From: Thermoleophilia bacterium | Lineage (GTDB): Bacteria; Actinomycetota; Thermoleophilia; UBA2241 | Direction of reading: 5' to 3' | Length of the DNA stretch: 64,000 bases | Assembly (NCBI GenBank): GCA_016933475.1 | Contig: JAFGAW010000027.1 | Coordinates: 403 to 64,402 of the forward strand | Shown: in pieces, positions 22,447-32,203 of the stretch | How the letters are laid out: each line of letters begins with the position of its first letter | How positions within the stretch are numbered: position 1 is the stretch's first letter | Program-made: the position numbers and the translations under genes | Notes under the pieces: generated by a model | The model's input: the letters and a program-made list of their open reading frames with translations, nothing else | What the model was told of the DNA's origin: nothing | The model's database searches: none

Positions 22447-23679
22447 TCACTCCCTCCTGATGTCGTCGCCGGATTCTCCTGTCGCCGGTCCCCCGCCGGC
22501 GGTGTGCTCGATGCCCGGATCGCGATTGAAGGGAACACCGGCGGCCCCGACGCCTGGCTCGTGACCGGTCGTGACGCCGACACCACGGCCGCTCTTCTCT
22601 TGCACCCAGTGACATGCGGTCCAGTGGTCACGCGCCACTTCGAACGGGGTCGGCATGGTGTCGCGACAGATGTCGCGCACATGTGCGCAACGTTCATGGA
22701 ACCGGCAACCGGCCGGCGGGTCGATCAAGTCCGGCACCGCACCGGGGATCGTCTTGAGCTGTTCAGCACTCTTCCCTTGCGGCAGACACTCGATGAGTGC
22801 CAGCGTGTAGGGGTGTCGCGGGCGCTTCAGGACGTCCGCCGTCGGGCCCTCTTCGACCACGTTCCCGGCGTACATGACGGCGATCCGATCGCAGGTCTGG
22901 GCAGCGACGCCGACGTTGTGGGTGATGAGGATCTGCGACACCCCCAGTTCGTCGCGCAGGCGAAGCAGCAGTTTGAGTATCTGCATCTGTATGGTCACGT
23001 CGAGCGCGGTGGTCGGCTCATCGGCGACCAGCAAGCCTGCCCCGCAGGAGATCGCCATCGCCATGCAGACGCGCTGACGCATGCCGCCGCTGAGTTGGTG
23101 CGGGTACGACTTGAGCAACGCGTCCGTGGGCGGCAGACCTGTCGCCTGCAGTGCCGTGCGAACAGCCTCCAGGGCTGCCTTCTTCTCGAGGTCATGATGG
23201 ACCCGTACGACGCGGCTGATCTGCTCGCCGACAGTGAAGACCGGATTGAGGGAGGCCAGCGGGTCCTGGAAGACCATGGAGATGACCTTGCCCTTCAAGG
23301 CGCGCATCTCCTGCTGCGGCTTGGCCAGCAGGTCATCTCCCTTGAACAAGATGCGACCCGACGTGACTTGTGCCTGCGGTTTGGGGAGCAGTCCGAGCAC
23401 CGAGTAGCCGGTCACCGTCTTGCCGCACCCCGACTCGCCGACCAGGCCGACTATCTCACGCTCGTGCACCGTCAGATAGACGCCGTTGAGCGCCTTGACA
23501 ACGCCTCGAAGACTGCGGAACTCCACTCGTAAGTCTTCTATCTCGAGGACGGGTCCGCCGACCGGGCCTCGCTCGGCGACTGCCGCCCCGTCTTCCCTGT
23601 CGGCACCTGCGGGGGGCTGCTTCGCGGTGACCGGTGCTGGTCCTTCCGCCGCGGTTCTTCTCCGAAACACCCTGTTCAC
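22447..23679 (-). CDS. Oligopeptide/dipeptide ABC transporter ATP-binding subunit (OppD/DppD-like)
   Basis: GESGCGKT, YPHQLSGGMRQR, ADEPTTALDVT. Confidence 0.93.
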   Translation of the reverse strand: MNRVFRRRTAAEGPAPVTAKQPPAGADREDGAAVAERGPVGGPVLEIEDLRVEFRSLRGVVKALNGVYLTVHEREIVGLVGESGCGKTVTGYSVLGLLPKPQAQVTSGRILFKGDDLLAKPQQEMRALKGKVISMVFQDPLASLNPVFTVGEQISRVVRVHHDLEKKAALEAVRTALQATGLPPTDALLKSYPHQLSGGMRQRVCMAMAISCGAGLLVADEPTTALDVTIQMQILKLLLRLRDELGVSQILITHNVGVAAQTCDRIAVMYAGNVVEEGPTADVLKRPRHPYTLALIECLPQGKSAEQLKTIPGAVPDLIDPPAGCRFHERCAHVRDICRDTMPTPFEVARDHWTACHWVQEKSGRGVGVTTGHEPGVGAAGVPFNRDPGIEHTAGGGPATGESGDDIRRE

Positions 23680-24593
23680 CTCTTGAGCCGCGGATCGAGT
23701 ATGTCGCGCAGGGCGTCACCGACGAGGTTATAGGCCAGGACCAGACCGAAGACGGCGATACCGGCGAATGTCGACAACCACCACGCGGAGAGGATGTACT
23801 GACGCCCCTCACTGATCATCAGGCCCCACTCCGGCGTCGGCGGCTTGGCGCCCAAGCCGATGAAGCTCAGCGCCGCGACCTCGAGGATGACCGCACCCAC
23901 GTCGACCGTCATCTGGACGATGACCGGACCGAACGCGTTGGGGAGGATGTGGCGGCGAATGATGGTGAAGTGGGAGACACCCATCGTTTTGGCAGCCAGC
24001 ACGTAGGGCCGTTCGCGCAGCGAGATCGCCATGCCGCGCACCAGGCGCGCATACCAGGGCCACCAGGTGATCACGAGGGCCAGCGCCACGTTACGAAGAC
24101 TGGCCCCCAAGAAGGCGACCAGCGCCATGGCGAACACCAGCGCCGGGAAGGCGAGGAAGATGTCCGTGATGCGCATCACCGCTTCGTCGATCCATCCGCC
24201 GAAGTACCCGGCGATACCGCCCAGCGGCACGCCGACGAGGAGCACGCCGGCGGTGACCACGACGCTGATGACGAGTGGGATACGAGCTCCGAACATGACG
24301 CGGCTCAGTACGTCGCGGCCTTGCTGATCAGTGCCCATGATGTTCTCGGCACTCGGCGGCTGCAGTCGGTTGGCCATGTCGGAATCGCCACGTCCCTGCT
24401 CCGGATAAGGCGCCAGGTACGCGGCGAAGACCGCGACGACCACAGTGGCCACGATGACGATCAGTCCTGCAACGGCGAGCTTGTCGCGCAGGAACACGTG
24501 GAGATTGTGCCTGGCTTCCTCGATGCCCGACTGGTGACGGGCGCGCCAGTCGGCGAATCGGCTCGTTCTCACCGCCACCGTAGTGTCCATCAT
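23676..24593 (-). CDS. Peptide ABC transporter permease (DppC-like)
   Basis: MGTDQQGRDVLSR, WPWYARLVRG, RHILPN, PPTPEWG. Confidence 0.93.
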   Translation of the reverse strand: MMDTTVAVRTSRFADWRARHQSGIEEARHNLHVFLRDKLAVAGLIVIVATVVVAVFAAYLAPYPEQGRGDSDMANRLQPPSAENIMGTDQQGRDVLSRVMFGARIPLVISVVVTAGVLLVGVPLGGIAGYFGGWIDEAVMRITDIFLAFPALVFAMALVAFLGASLRNVALALVITWWPWYARLVRGMAISLRERPYVLAAKTMGVSHFTIIRRHILPNAFGPVIVQMTVDVGAVILEVAALSFIGLGAKPPTPEWGLMISEGRQYILSAWWLSTFAGIAVFGLVLAYNLVGDALRDILDPRLKR

Positions 24594-24600
24594 CGGCTTC

Positions 24601-25626
24601 TCACGAGAGCATCACCCGCGGGTCGAGCTTGGCGATGATCAGGTCGACTATCAGGTTCACGGTCACGTAGGCGAGAGCGACGATGATCGTGACGCCCATG
24701 ATGGCCGGGTAGTCGAGATTCAGGATCGAGATCGTTGCGTAGGTCCCGAGACCGGGCCAGGCGAAGATCTGCTCGATGAAGAAGGTGCCCACGAGCGCGT
24801 ACGCGAACAGCAGGCCGATCACGGTGAGCACCGGCGCCATCGCGTTCTTGAGCGCGTAGCGGCCGACGATCACTCGGTCAGGTACGCCCATCGCGTAGGC
24901 CATGCGCGCATAGTCCGATTCGAGAGCGTCGAGCATTGCCGATCGTGTCATTCGCATCGTGGTGCCGGCGCAGTAGGCGGCCAGCGCCAGGGTGGGCAGG
25001 ATGAGGTGTCTGAGCGCATCCCAGAACGCCACCCAGTTGCCGGTGATGAGCGAATCCACGACGACCATCCCGGTGATGTCCGTGACAGGGTACTCCCGGG
25101 CGACCGAGATCGAGAGCTGTCCGGCGACCGGCAAGAGGCCCAGCACGCGGAAGAAGACGATCTGCAGGACAAGAGCCAGGAAGAACGACGGTAGCGAGAC
25201 ACCGGCGATGGCGGCCACCCGCCCCGTATGGTCCGCGAGGCGACCTTTGCGATATGCAGCGAACGCTCCCATGGAGATACCCGTCACCACAGCCAAGGCC
25301 ATCGCGCTCAGGATGAGTTCCAGCGAGGCCGGTAGAAAGCCCATGATGTCGCCCAGCACGGGGCGGTGGGTGCGCAGCGAGTTTCCCCAGTCACCTCTGA
25401 CGAAGTCCTTGACGTAGAGACCGAACTGCACGACGAGCGGCTTGTCGAGCCCGAGGGCTTCTCGCGCCGCTGCCTTCTGCTCCGGTGTGTGGCGCCCGCC
25501 CCCAAGGTACAGGGCCGTGGGGTCGGTGGGAATCACACGGCTGACGACGAACGTGACCGCCATGACGCCGAGGATGACGAAGACCAACAGCGCGAGACGG
25601 CGGATGATGTAGGCACGGAATGTCAT
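24601..25626 (-). CDS. Peptide ABC transporter permease (DppB-like)
   Basis: YIIRRL, LGLDKPL, GDWGNSL, HLILP, EQIFAWPGLG. Confidence 0.93.
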   Translation of the reverse strand: MTFRAYIIRRLALLVFVILGVMAVTFVVSRVIPTDPTALYLGGGRHTPEQKAAAREALGLDKPLVVQFGLYVKDFVRGDWGNSLRTHRPVLGDIMGFLPASLELILSAMALAVVTGISMGAFAAYRKGRLADHTGRVAAIAGVSLPSFFLALVLQIVFFRVLGLLPVAGQLSISVAREYPVTDITGMVVVDSLITGNWVAFWDALRHLILPTLALAAYCAGTTMRMTRSAMLDALESDYARMAYAMGVPDRVIVGRYALKNAMAPVLTVIGLLFAYALVGTFFIEQIFAWPGLGTYATISILNLDYPAIMGVTIIVALAYVTVNLIVDLIIAKLDPRVMLS

Positions 25627-25862
25627 TGGAGTCGCTCCGCTGTTCGCGTGCCGGTCGCCATGACGTCACCGGGCTCTGTCAGACCCAGAGACAGGGATGA
25701 CACCACTCGGGTCACGGCCGTCGCGTCGCCTTGGTCACATCACCCTCTGTTCTCCAGGAGTCGCCTCGCGGTCGGGCACATCGACTGATCGTTGGTCTTG
25801 CCGGCCCGAGGGGCGCCTCATCGGTGAGATCGCCTGGACAGAAACGCTTCCAGTGAGACGAG

Positions 25863-25900
25863 ATGGGGCGGCGCGGAACGAACCCGCGCGCCGCCCCACC
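25863..25900 (-). terminator. Stem-loop after the substrate-binding protein gene (stabiliser or attenuator)
   Basis: Inverted repeat atggggcggcgcgg / cgcgccgccccacc. Confidence 0.5.
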
Positions 25901-25966
25901 TACAGCAGCAAGAACCCGGTGGACGCCGCGTCATGCGCCGACTTCCGCCGAAGTCCGCAACACAGA

Positions 25967-27598
25967 CTACAGAGTGATCCCCGTCCAGAAGGGCCCCCGG
26001 TAGATACCGTTGAGTGCGTCCGGCACGATGGTGACGGTCGCACTCGCCGCCCATACGTCGGCCGGGTCGAACAGCGGGATGATAGGACACTCCTCCAGCA
26101 CGATCCGCTGGATCTCGTTGTACATCTCCTGCGCTCTGGCAGAATCCGTGGCCTCGACCTGCCACGCTTCATCGAGCAGCCGGTCGGTCGCGGGCGAACT
26201 CCAGTAGCTGGCGTTGTATTCCACTTCATCGAAGCTGTGGAACTGGTAGTTGAGCATGTCGTAGGCGTGCGCGTAGGACGGATAGGCACGCTCGGACAGG
26301 ATGTCGTGACGCTGATCCATGGGTCCCTGGACGAGGGGTTCCCACGCACTGGCGAGGATCGGTTTCATCTCGATCTCGAGCCCGAGCTCTTCGTACGCCT
26401 CTTTGACGAGCGGCGTGTACTTGTCGTGGAGCGCTACATCGGTGAGGTAGTAGAGCGTCAGCTTGCGAGCGCCCTCGCCATCGGGATAGCCGGCCTGGGC
26501 GAGCAAGTCCGCGGCCTTCGCGGGGTCGTAGCTGTACTGCGGCAGATCGGCCGATGCTCCGTACATGGCTTGCGGCACGTAGCCGATGGCCCGCGGCGCC
26601 AGCGCGTCGCCGCCGCACGCTGCCTGGATGTCATCGTACGGTGTCCCCCAGGCGAGCGCCTGACGGAACGTCTTGTCGTCGAGCGGCGGCGCCAGCGTGT
26701 TGAGTACGAGCTGGTACTGATACGTCGAAGCGACGGAGAAGACCTGCAGGTCTGGGTTTCCCTGCATGGCGGCCGCCGCGTCGCGGTCGACCTGGTAGAT
26801 GAAGTCGACTTCCCCGGCCTCCAGCATCTGTCGCTGTGTACTCAACTCGCCGACGATCTTCAGCACAACGGTCTCCGGGTTACCGTCCTGCCACTCGCCC
26901 CACCAGTTCGGATTGCGGACGAACACATACTCGTCACCGAGCTTGTGCGACTCGATCATGTAGGGGCCGGTGCCGAATGACTTGCCGGTCCAGTCCTCCG
27001 TCTCGAGACCCGCGCTGGCCGGGCTGAAGATATACGTCGCATCGCAGGCCGACAGGACTTTGTCCAGCGGGAACGGATACGCGATCTTGAACGCCACCGT
27101 GTACTCGTCGACCACATCGATGGACTCGATGTCGCCGAGGATGTACGAGGCGCCTCCACCGCGCTCCATCGTCGATTCGAAGGAGAACTTGACGGCGTCG
27201 GCGTTGAACGCCTCGCCGTCGCTGAACTTCACGCCCTGGCGTAGATTGAACGTCCAGGTCATGCCGTCCTCGGAGACCTCCCACGACTCGGCGAGCTGCG
27301 GGATGAACTCTTCTGCGCTGCCCGGAGGGGCAGCGATGAGCAGGCCGTCGTACATATTGCGGAGGTATGCGCTCTCTGCGAAGCCGCTGACGCGGACGTC
27401 CCAGCTGGTGGCGAACTCGTAGGCGGAGGCGAGCCGAAGGGTCTTGGGTGTCTGCGCTTCGTCTCCGCTGCCTTCGTCGTCTCCGCCGCAGGCCAAGACC
27501 AGACCAGAGGCGGCGGCGAGGAGCAGGAGGGCTGCCAGCCCGAGCAAGATGGCCCCTCCACCCTTTCGTCTTCGGACTGCTGAAACGTGGAATCTCAT
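25967..27598 (-). CDS. ABC transporter substrate-binding lipoprotein, family 5 (DppA-like)
   Basis: Lipobox LACGG, PQLAESWEVSEDGMTWTFNLRQGVKFSDG, GTGPY; SD GGGGG before ATG 27598. Confidence 0.93.
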   Translation of the reverse strand: MRFHVSAVRRRKGGGAILLGLAALLLLAAASGLVLACGGDDEGSGDEAQTPKTLRLASAYEFATSWDVRVSGFAESAYLRNMYDGLLIAAPPGSAEEFIPQLAESWEVSEDGMTWTFNLRQGVKFSDGEAFNADAVKFSFESTMERGGGASYILGDIESIDVVDEYTVAFKIAYPFPLDKVLSACDATYIFSPASAGLETEDWTGKSFGTGPYMIESHKLGDEYVFVRNPNWWGEWQDGNPETVVLKIVGELSTQRQMLEAGEVDFIYQVDRDAAAAMQGNPDLQVFSVASTYQYQLVLNTLAPPLDDKTFRQALAWGTPYDDIQAACGGDALAPRAIGYVPQAMYGASADLPQYSYDPAKAADLLAQAGYPDGEGARKLTLYYLTDVALHDKYTPLVKEAYEELGLEIEMKPILASAWEPLVQGPMDQRHDILSERAYPSYAHAYDMLNYQFHSFDEVEYNASYWSSPATDRLLDEAWQVEATDSARAQEMYNEIQRIVLEECPIIPLFDPADVWAASATVTIVPDALNGIYRGPFWTGITL

Positions 27599-27662
27599 GT
27601 CGCCCCCTTCGGTGGACTGGGCATGCGACTCGGCCGACGACGGAGACTGCGCGACGACGGCC

Positions 27663-27728
27663 GCTTGTCTACACAAGCAAGATGCCAGAATCGCATCTAG
27701 TATCGGCGATGGCTCGCGGGGGTGTCAA
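27663..27728 (-). promoter_or_regulatory. Putative sigma70 promoter of the ABC operon, with a downstream palindrome
   Basis: TTGACA (27728-27723), 18 nt, GATACT (27704-27699); palindrome GCTTGT-CTAC-ACAAGC at 27663-27678. Confidence 0.5.
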
Positions 27729-28161
27729 ATCATTGGCGGGCGCTTGCAGTATGAATAGTGCGCACGGTCCCCACAGTCCCCGTCTGTCTCGTGATTCACT
27801 ACCGATCTCGCCGCGATGACGGGAGACCTTGACATGATCGGGCGGCCGTGAAAGGGTGCAGCCTGGTATTGTCTGTATGAACAAGCTATACCGGCCGCTT
27901 GGAGCGTTGCGGGAGCATCTGCCAGAGACCATGCGGGCAGGCAGCACCGGTCTCGTCGGCCAGAGGGCCTGCCATCGCACCCATCAGGCCGGAGATACGC
28001 GAGACGAAGCACGCGGTGGCTTCGGGTACTCGTTGAGTCGTTGCCTCGGCGTCACCGTCGTCGGCGTGGGGGCCGAGCACGCTGAGGCTCGCTGAGGTTG
28101 AGACCTCGCCCTGTCGCGGGGCGCGGTCTTTCTCTGACCAGCACGTTCGGAAGGAGGCCTC

Positions 28162-29595
28162 ATGAGGACACGCATCGAGTGGGCGACGGCAGACGAGCGG
28201 AGGCTTGTCGTCGACGCGGCCCTGGGCCTGCTGGAGCGGAACGGCATGCGATTCGGGCGAGGCGATGCCCTGGATGCGCTGGGTGAAGCCGGGGCACGCG
28301 TCGATCGCGCGGCCGGTGTAGCGCGCATTCCCGCGACGCTCGTGGAGGATGCGCTGGCCCGCTGTCCGCGCGAGTTCGTGCTGGGCGGGGCGGCGCCCGA
28401 GCACGACTGTCTGATCAAAGACGGCGTGCCGCACCATCTGTGCTCCGGGTCGCCGCCGATCATCCTGGATCATCGTACCGGTGAACGTCGCAGCGCCACC
28501 GTGCGCGACCTGAGCGAAGCGACCTCGATACTGGATGCGACGTGCACCGCGAGCATGGTGTGGGCGCTCGTCTCGGTCACCGACTGTCCCGCGGAGCGCT
28601 GGGAGCTCACCAGTCTGTCGATCATGCTCGCGCATACCCGGAAGCACGTGGGGTCTGACGTCGATGGCCGCTGGCAGGTGCCGTCGATCGTCCGCATGGC
28701 AGAAGCGGCCGGCGGCGACCTGCGCACCCGCCCGCGCATCAGCGTCGTGTGCTGCACGGCCTCTCCGTTGCAGGTGCACCCGGAACTGCTCGACGCTTCG
28801 GCCGATCTGGCGGCTGCCGGCATCCCCATCGTGGTGATGTCGATGCCGATCGCGGGCGGCACGGCGCCGATCACGGTCGCCGGGTCCGTCACCCTCGGCG
28901 TCGCAGAGATCCTGGGGGCCGTCACGGCCATACAACTGCGGGCCCCGGGGGCCAAGCTGTTCTTCAGCATGGTCCCCGGCCTTCTCGACATGCGTCAGAC
29001 CACCTTTGTCTACGGCGCTCTGGAGGCTCATCTTCAGGCAGCGCTGGCCGTCGAGATAGGCCACGACCTGGGTCTGCCGGTGCTGGCTCCCGGGCTGTCG
29101 ACCGATGCCAAGCGACCCGGTATCCAGGCCGCCTTCGAGAAGGCCCTGAAGGGTCTCGTCGTCACATCGACCGGAGCCGACCTGATGACCGGCATCGGCA
29201 TGCTCGAATCGGCTGGTCTGGCCTCGCTGCCGCAGATCGTCATCGACGACGAGGTCGCTCAGATGATCAAGGGCCTTCTCGGCGGCATGGAGATCACACC
29301 CGAGACGATCATGGCGGCCGATATCGAGCGCTTGGGCTTCTCCGCCGCGTATCTCAAGGAGAGGGAGACGCGCCGCCGGTTCCGCGCCGGTGAGCAGTTC
29401 ATGCCGATCATCGCCGACCGCAGCTCGTACGATCACTGGCAAGCGGCCGGTAAGGACGAGCTGGCCGTGGCCTGCGAGCGCGTCGAGGAGCTACTGGCGG
29501 CGGCGGAGGGCCGGGGCCCACTGCTCGGCGGAGACCAGCAGGCCGTGATGCAGGCGGCTATCGATGAGGCCGCGGCCGCGGCGCCGGTGTCGTGA
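28162..29595 (+). CDS. MttB-superfamily (trimethylamine methyltransferase-like) corrinoid methyltransferase, non-pyrrolysine
   Basis: SPLQ, GGTAPITVAGS, LDMRQ, LGLPVLAPGLSTDAK, QAAFEK, GIGMLES; SD GGAGG; no in-frame TAG. Confidence 0.9.
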   Translation: MRTRIEWATADERRLVVDAALGLLERNGMRFGRGDALDALGEAGARVDRAAGVARIPATLVEDALARCPREFVLGGAAPEHDCLIKDGVPHHLCSGSPPIILDHRTGERRSATVRDLSEATSILDATCTASMVWALVSVTDCPAERWELTSLSIMLAHTRKHVGSDVDGRWQVPSIVRMAEAAGGDLRTRPRISVVCCTASPLQVHPELLDASADLAAAGIPIVVMSMPIAGGTAPITVAGSVTLGVAEILGAVTAIQLRAPGAKLFFSMVPGLLDMRQTTFVYGALEAHLQAALAVEIGHDLGLPVLAPGLSTDAKRPGIQAAFEKALKGLVVTSTGADLMTGIGMLESAGLASLPQIVIDDEVAQMIKGLLGGMEITPETIMAADIERLGFSAAYLKERETRRRFRAGEQFMPIIADRSSYDHWQAAGKDELAVACERVEELLAAAEGRGPLLGGDQQAVMQAAIDEAAAAAPVS

Positions 29596-29675
29596 CCGAG
29601 AACGGACCGCAGCAGGGCCGGCGTCGCCGGCGTCTCGTACTTCGTGTCGGGATATGACGGGCGGCGGGGGAGTCG

Positions 29676-29879
29676 AGAACGAAGGTGCTGATCGTGGGCG
29701 CTGGGGAGCCAGGCCACATTCACACGTGGGTGCTTGCGAGACAGCGCGATGACAGCGACATCGTTGTGGCTGACCAGGAAGAGGACAAGGCTGCGGAGGT
29801 CGTCGCCCGTCAAGGTCAGGGCAAGGCGCAGGCCGTCAACCTGAACGGGTCGGTGAGAGGAACAGCAGCCGATGGGTGA
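29676..29879 (+). pseudogene. Fragment of a Rossmann-fold (saccharopine dehydrogenase-like) gene
   Basis: KVLIVGAG...DIVVAD...KAAEVV...AQAVNL, then stop; no proper start. Confidence 0.55.
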
Positions 29880-31141
29880 TCACCCACCCATCGAGCCGCT
29901 TCTGACGTCGGTTCGCCTGCGGTTCCACACCTGGGAGGAGCTTGAAGAGTCTCGCGCCGCGACCCAGCGTCCGGCGTGCGTCTCAGGCAAGGGGTCAGGT
30001 ACGTCTGCAACGACGGTTGCGGAGACCTGCTTCTCGACGCCGTCAGCGGTCAGACACGGTATCCGTCAAGAAAGACCTGGCCGTAGCCGCTCGAGTCTGC
30101 GACCAGCTCTCAGCCGTGGCCTCTCTGTGGCCCGTTGTGGCGGCGCAGGACTGCGGTCGCACCGCGTCGCTTCACGAACTCGCGGCGATGTGGAGCAGAA
30201 GCGTGAAGCACGTCCAGGGGTCCGTGCACGGCGCGGCCGCCGTGCGCCTGGCCGTGGACATGGCGACGATCGTGGCAGGGAGCGAGTCGGCGATGCGGAC
30301 ACGGCGGCAGCTCTCGGCCATGCTGCACGGTAGCTCCCCTCACGCACGACGGGGAGGCGATCGAGGCGGCGCCGGAGTTCACCGCCTCGGGGATCCCGGT
30401 CGGCTTCACCGCCATGCCGACTCCCGGCACCACCGCGCCCGCCACGACCGCAGGCGCGCTCGCCATGGCCGATGCCGAGGTGATCAGCGCCACCGTCGCG
30501 GTACAGCTTGCCGCCCCCGGGGTGGCCGGCTCCCACGCGATCCTGCCGTCGGTCTGCGACCGTCGCACGGGAGCCTCAGTCAACAAACCTCTCAACCGCT
30601 CCGGCCGTCACGCGGTGGTGGAGATCGCCAACCACGAGGGCATGCCCTCGCAGGCGGAAGCCTTCGGCACGAGCTCAGCCGTTCCCGGCACTTGGCAGTC
30701 CGGCTCGGAGGTGGCTCTGGATCCGCACCCGCTGGCTCTGGCCGGGGCTGATATCGTCGCAGGGATAGGACTCACCGAGGACTTTGCGTCCTCTGCGCTC
30801 GAGAGCTTGCTGCTCGACGCAGATGTCTACCACCGGGCGCGTCATGCGCTCATGAACGTCGAAGTCGACGCGCGCAGACTCTGGCGCGCGACGCGATCGG
30901 AGCGGTCGGACCGGGTGGTCACCTCCTCGGGGCGAAGCACACCCGACAGCACATCCGCGAAGCTGCACGGCTCGGTCTGCAACACGAGCGTGGCGAGGAC
31001 GGTCTGCTGCGCGATTCCCTCGTCGTCGCGCGTGAGCGTGTCGAGTGGAGCCGTGATCACCATGAGCCAGAGTCGCTGCCCGCTGAATCGAGGGAGGAAC
31101 TCGCCGCCAAGCCGGCGGAGGCGCACCGCCTGCTACGCTGA
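29872..31141 (+). pseudogene. Degraded second MttB-family methyltransferase
   Basis: MttB-like segments in different frames: SVKHVQG..MATIVAGS; PGTTAPATTAGALA..QLAAPG..LAGADIVAGIGL; DAIGAVGPGGHLLGAKHTRQH..HHEPESLP; frameshifts and internal deletion. Confidence 0.8.
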
Positions 31142-31789
31142 CGGGGATCCTCTCCCGCCCTCCGAGTCCGCAGACTCCGGACACCGCCGAGCCAGGTAGT
31201 CGCACACCATGGTCTCCCAGAGCCGAAGAGCCGCCCCGACGTCCACGTGCGGGCCCGCTTGATAGCGCAGCGCCACACCCTCCGCTATCGCGGAAGTCAG
31301 CGTCGCAAGGGCATCGAGATCGGCATCCGAGCCGTCATCCGCGATGGGTGCCAGCACCCATCTGTTCAGGTCCGCATACCAATCTGAGAACGCTCTGAAC
31401 AGGGGTCGGAGCTCCGGATCAAGAAGAATCGTCGCCACCACACCAAGGAAGGCGCGATACTCCTCGACTTCGCGGGCGATGCTCTCGCATTCACGGAGGA
31501 GTGCGTGATAGCGCGGGACGCCCGGTGGTTCCTCCGACACGGTACTGAGTATGGCTCTGGCCTCGAGATGCAGCTCCCGCACGATGAGCGTGCGGAGAAG
31601 CCCAGCCTTGTCCCCAAAATGGTAACGAATGAGTGACTGAGTCTCTCCCGACTCCTTGGCGACGGCCTCATAGGTCACGCACGAGAGCCCGTCGCGGACC
31701 AAGATCGTGCGCGCAGCCTCGAGGAGGCGGCCTGCCGTCGGCGACAGATTCGGCGTCGGGTCTTGGAGAGGTATCGATGCGTTCTTCAT
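31133..31789 (-). CDS. TetR/AcrR family transcriptional regulator
   Basis: RLLEAARTILVRDGLSCVTYEAVAKESGETQSLIRYHFGDKAGL helix-turn-helix. Confidence 0.9.
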   Translation of the reverse strand: MKNASIPLQDPTPNLSPTAGRLLEAARTILVRDGLSCVTYEAVAKESGETQSLIRYHFGDKAGLLRTLIVRELHLEARAILSTVSEEPPGVPRYHALLRECESIAREVEEYRAFLGVVATILLDPELRPLFRAFSDWYADLNRWVLAPIADDGSDADLDALATLTSAIAEGVALRYQAGPHVDVGAALRLWETMVCDYLARRCPESADSEGGRGSPSA

Positions 31790-32203
31790 CGTATGGGCGA
31801 ATGTGGAATCAATCGCAGAAGCCTTACCGAGAAGCCACGCATGTGACTCGGATGCACAGCCTGTCGACGGGTACGTATAGCACCTCCTGAGTCTCCAGCG
31901 CAACGCAGGGATGCGGGCGACCGCGAATCTCCCCCTCGGGAACCACCACCGGACGGTTTCCGCATGGCTGTGGAGTGCACTGCGGAGTGCAGCTCGTGCC
32001 GTCGCGCACGGGTGCCTGCAGCACCCCGCTGGACAGCGTGTGAAGGTTCCGCGCGGGCGACCCGCACACCGCCGCGGAGGTGTTGAGGCCCGGGGCGGGT
32101 GCGCCGTCCGCCCAGGGTCCCCGTGTGTCGCGGTCGCGGCTTCAGGCTCTGGCGTCTCCGCGTGCCGCGCGCGGCGTCGGAAGCGCGGCATCGCGGAGCG
32201 ACC

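Noticed and set aside
28162-29595. Pyrrolysine recoding in MttB
   Set aside because: No in-frame TAG; Leu at the equivalent position; no pyl genes in the window
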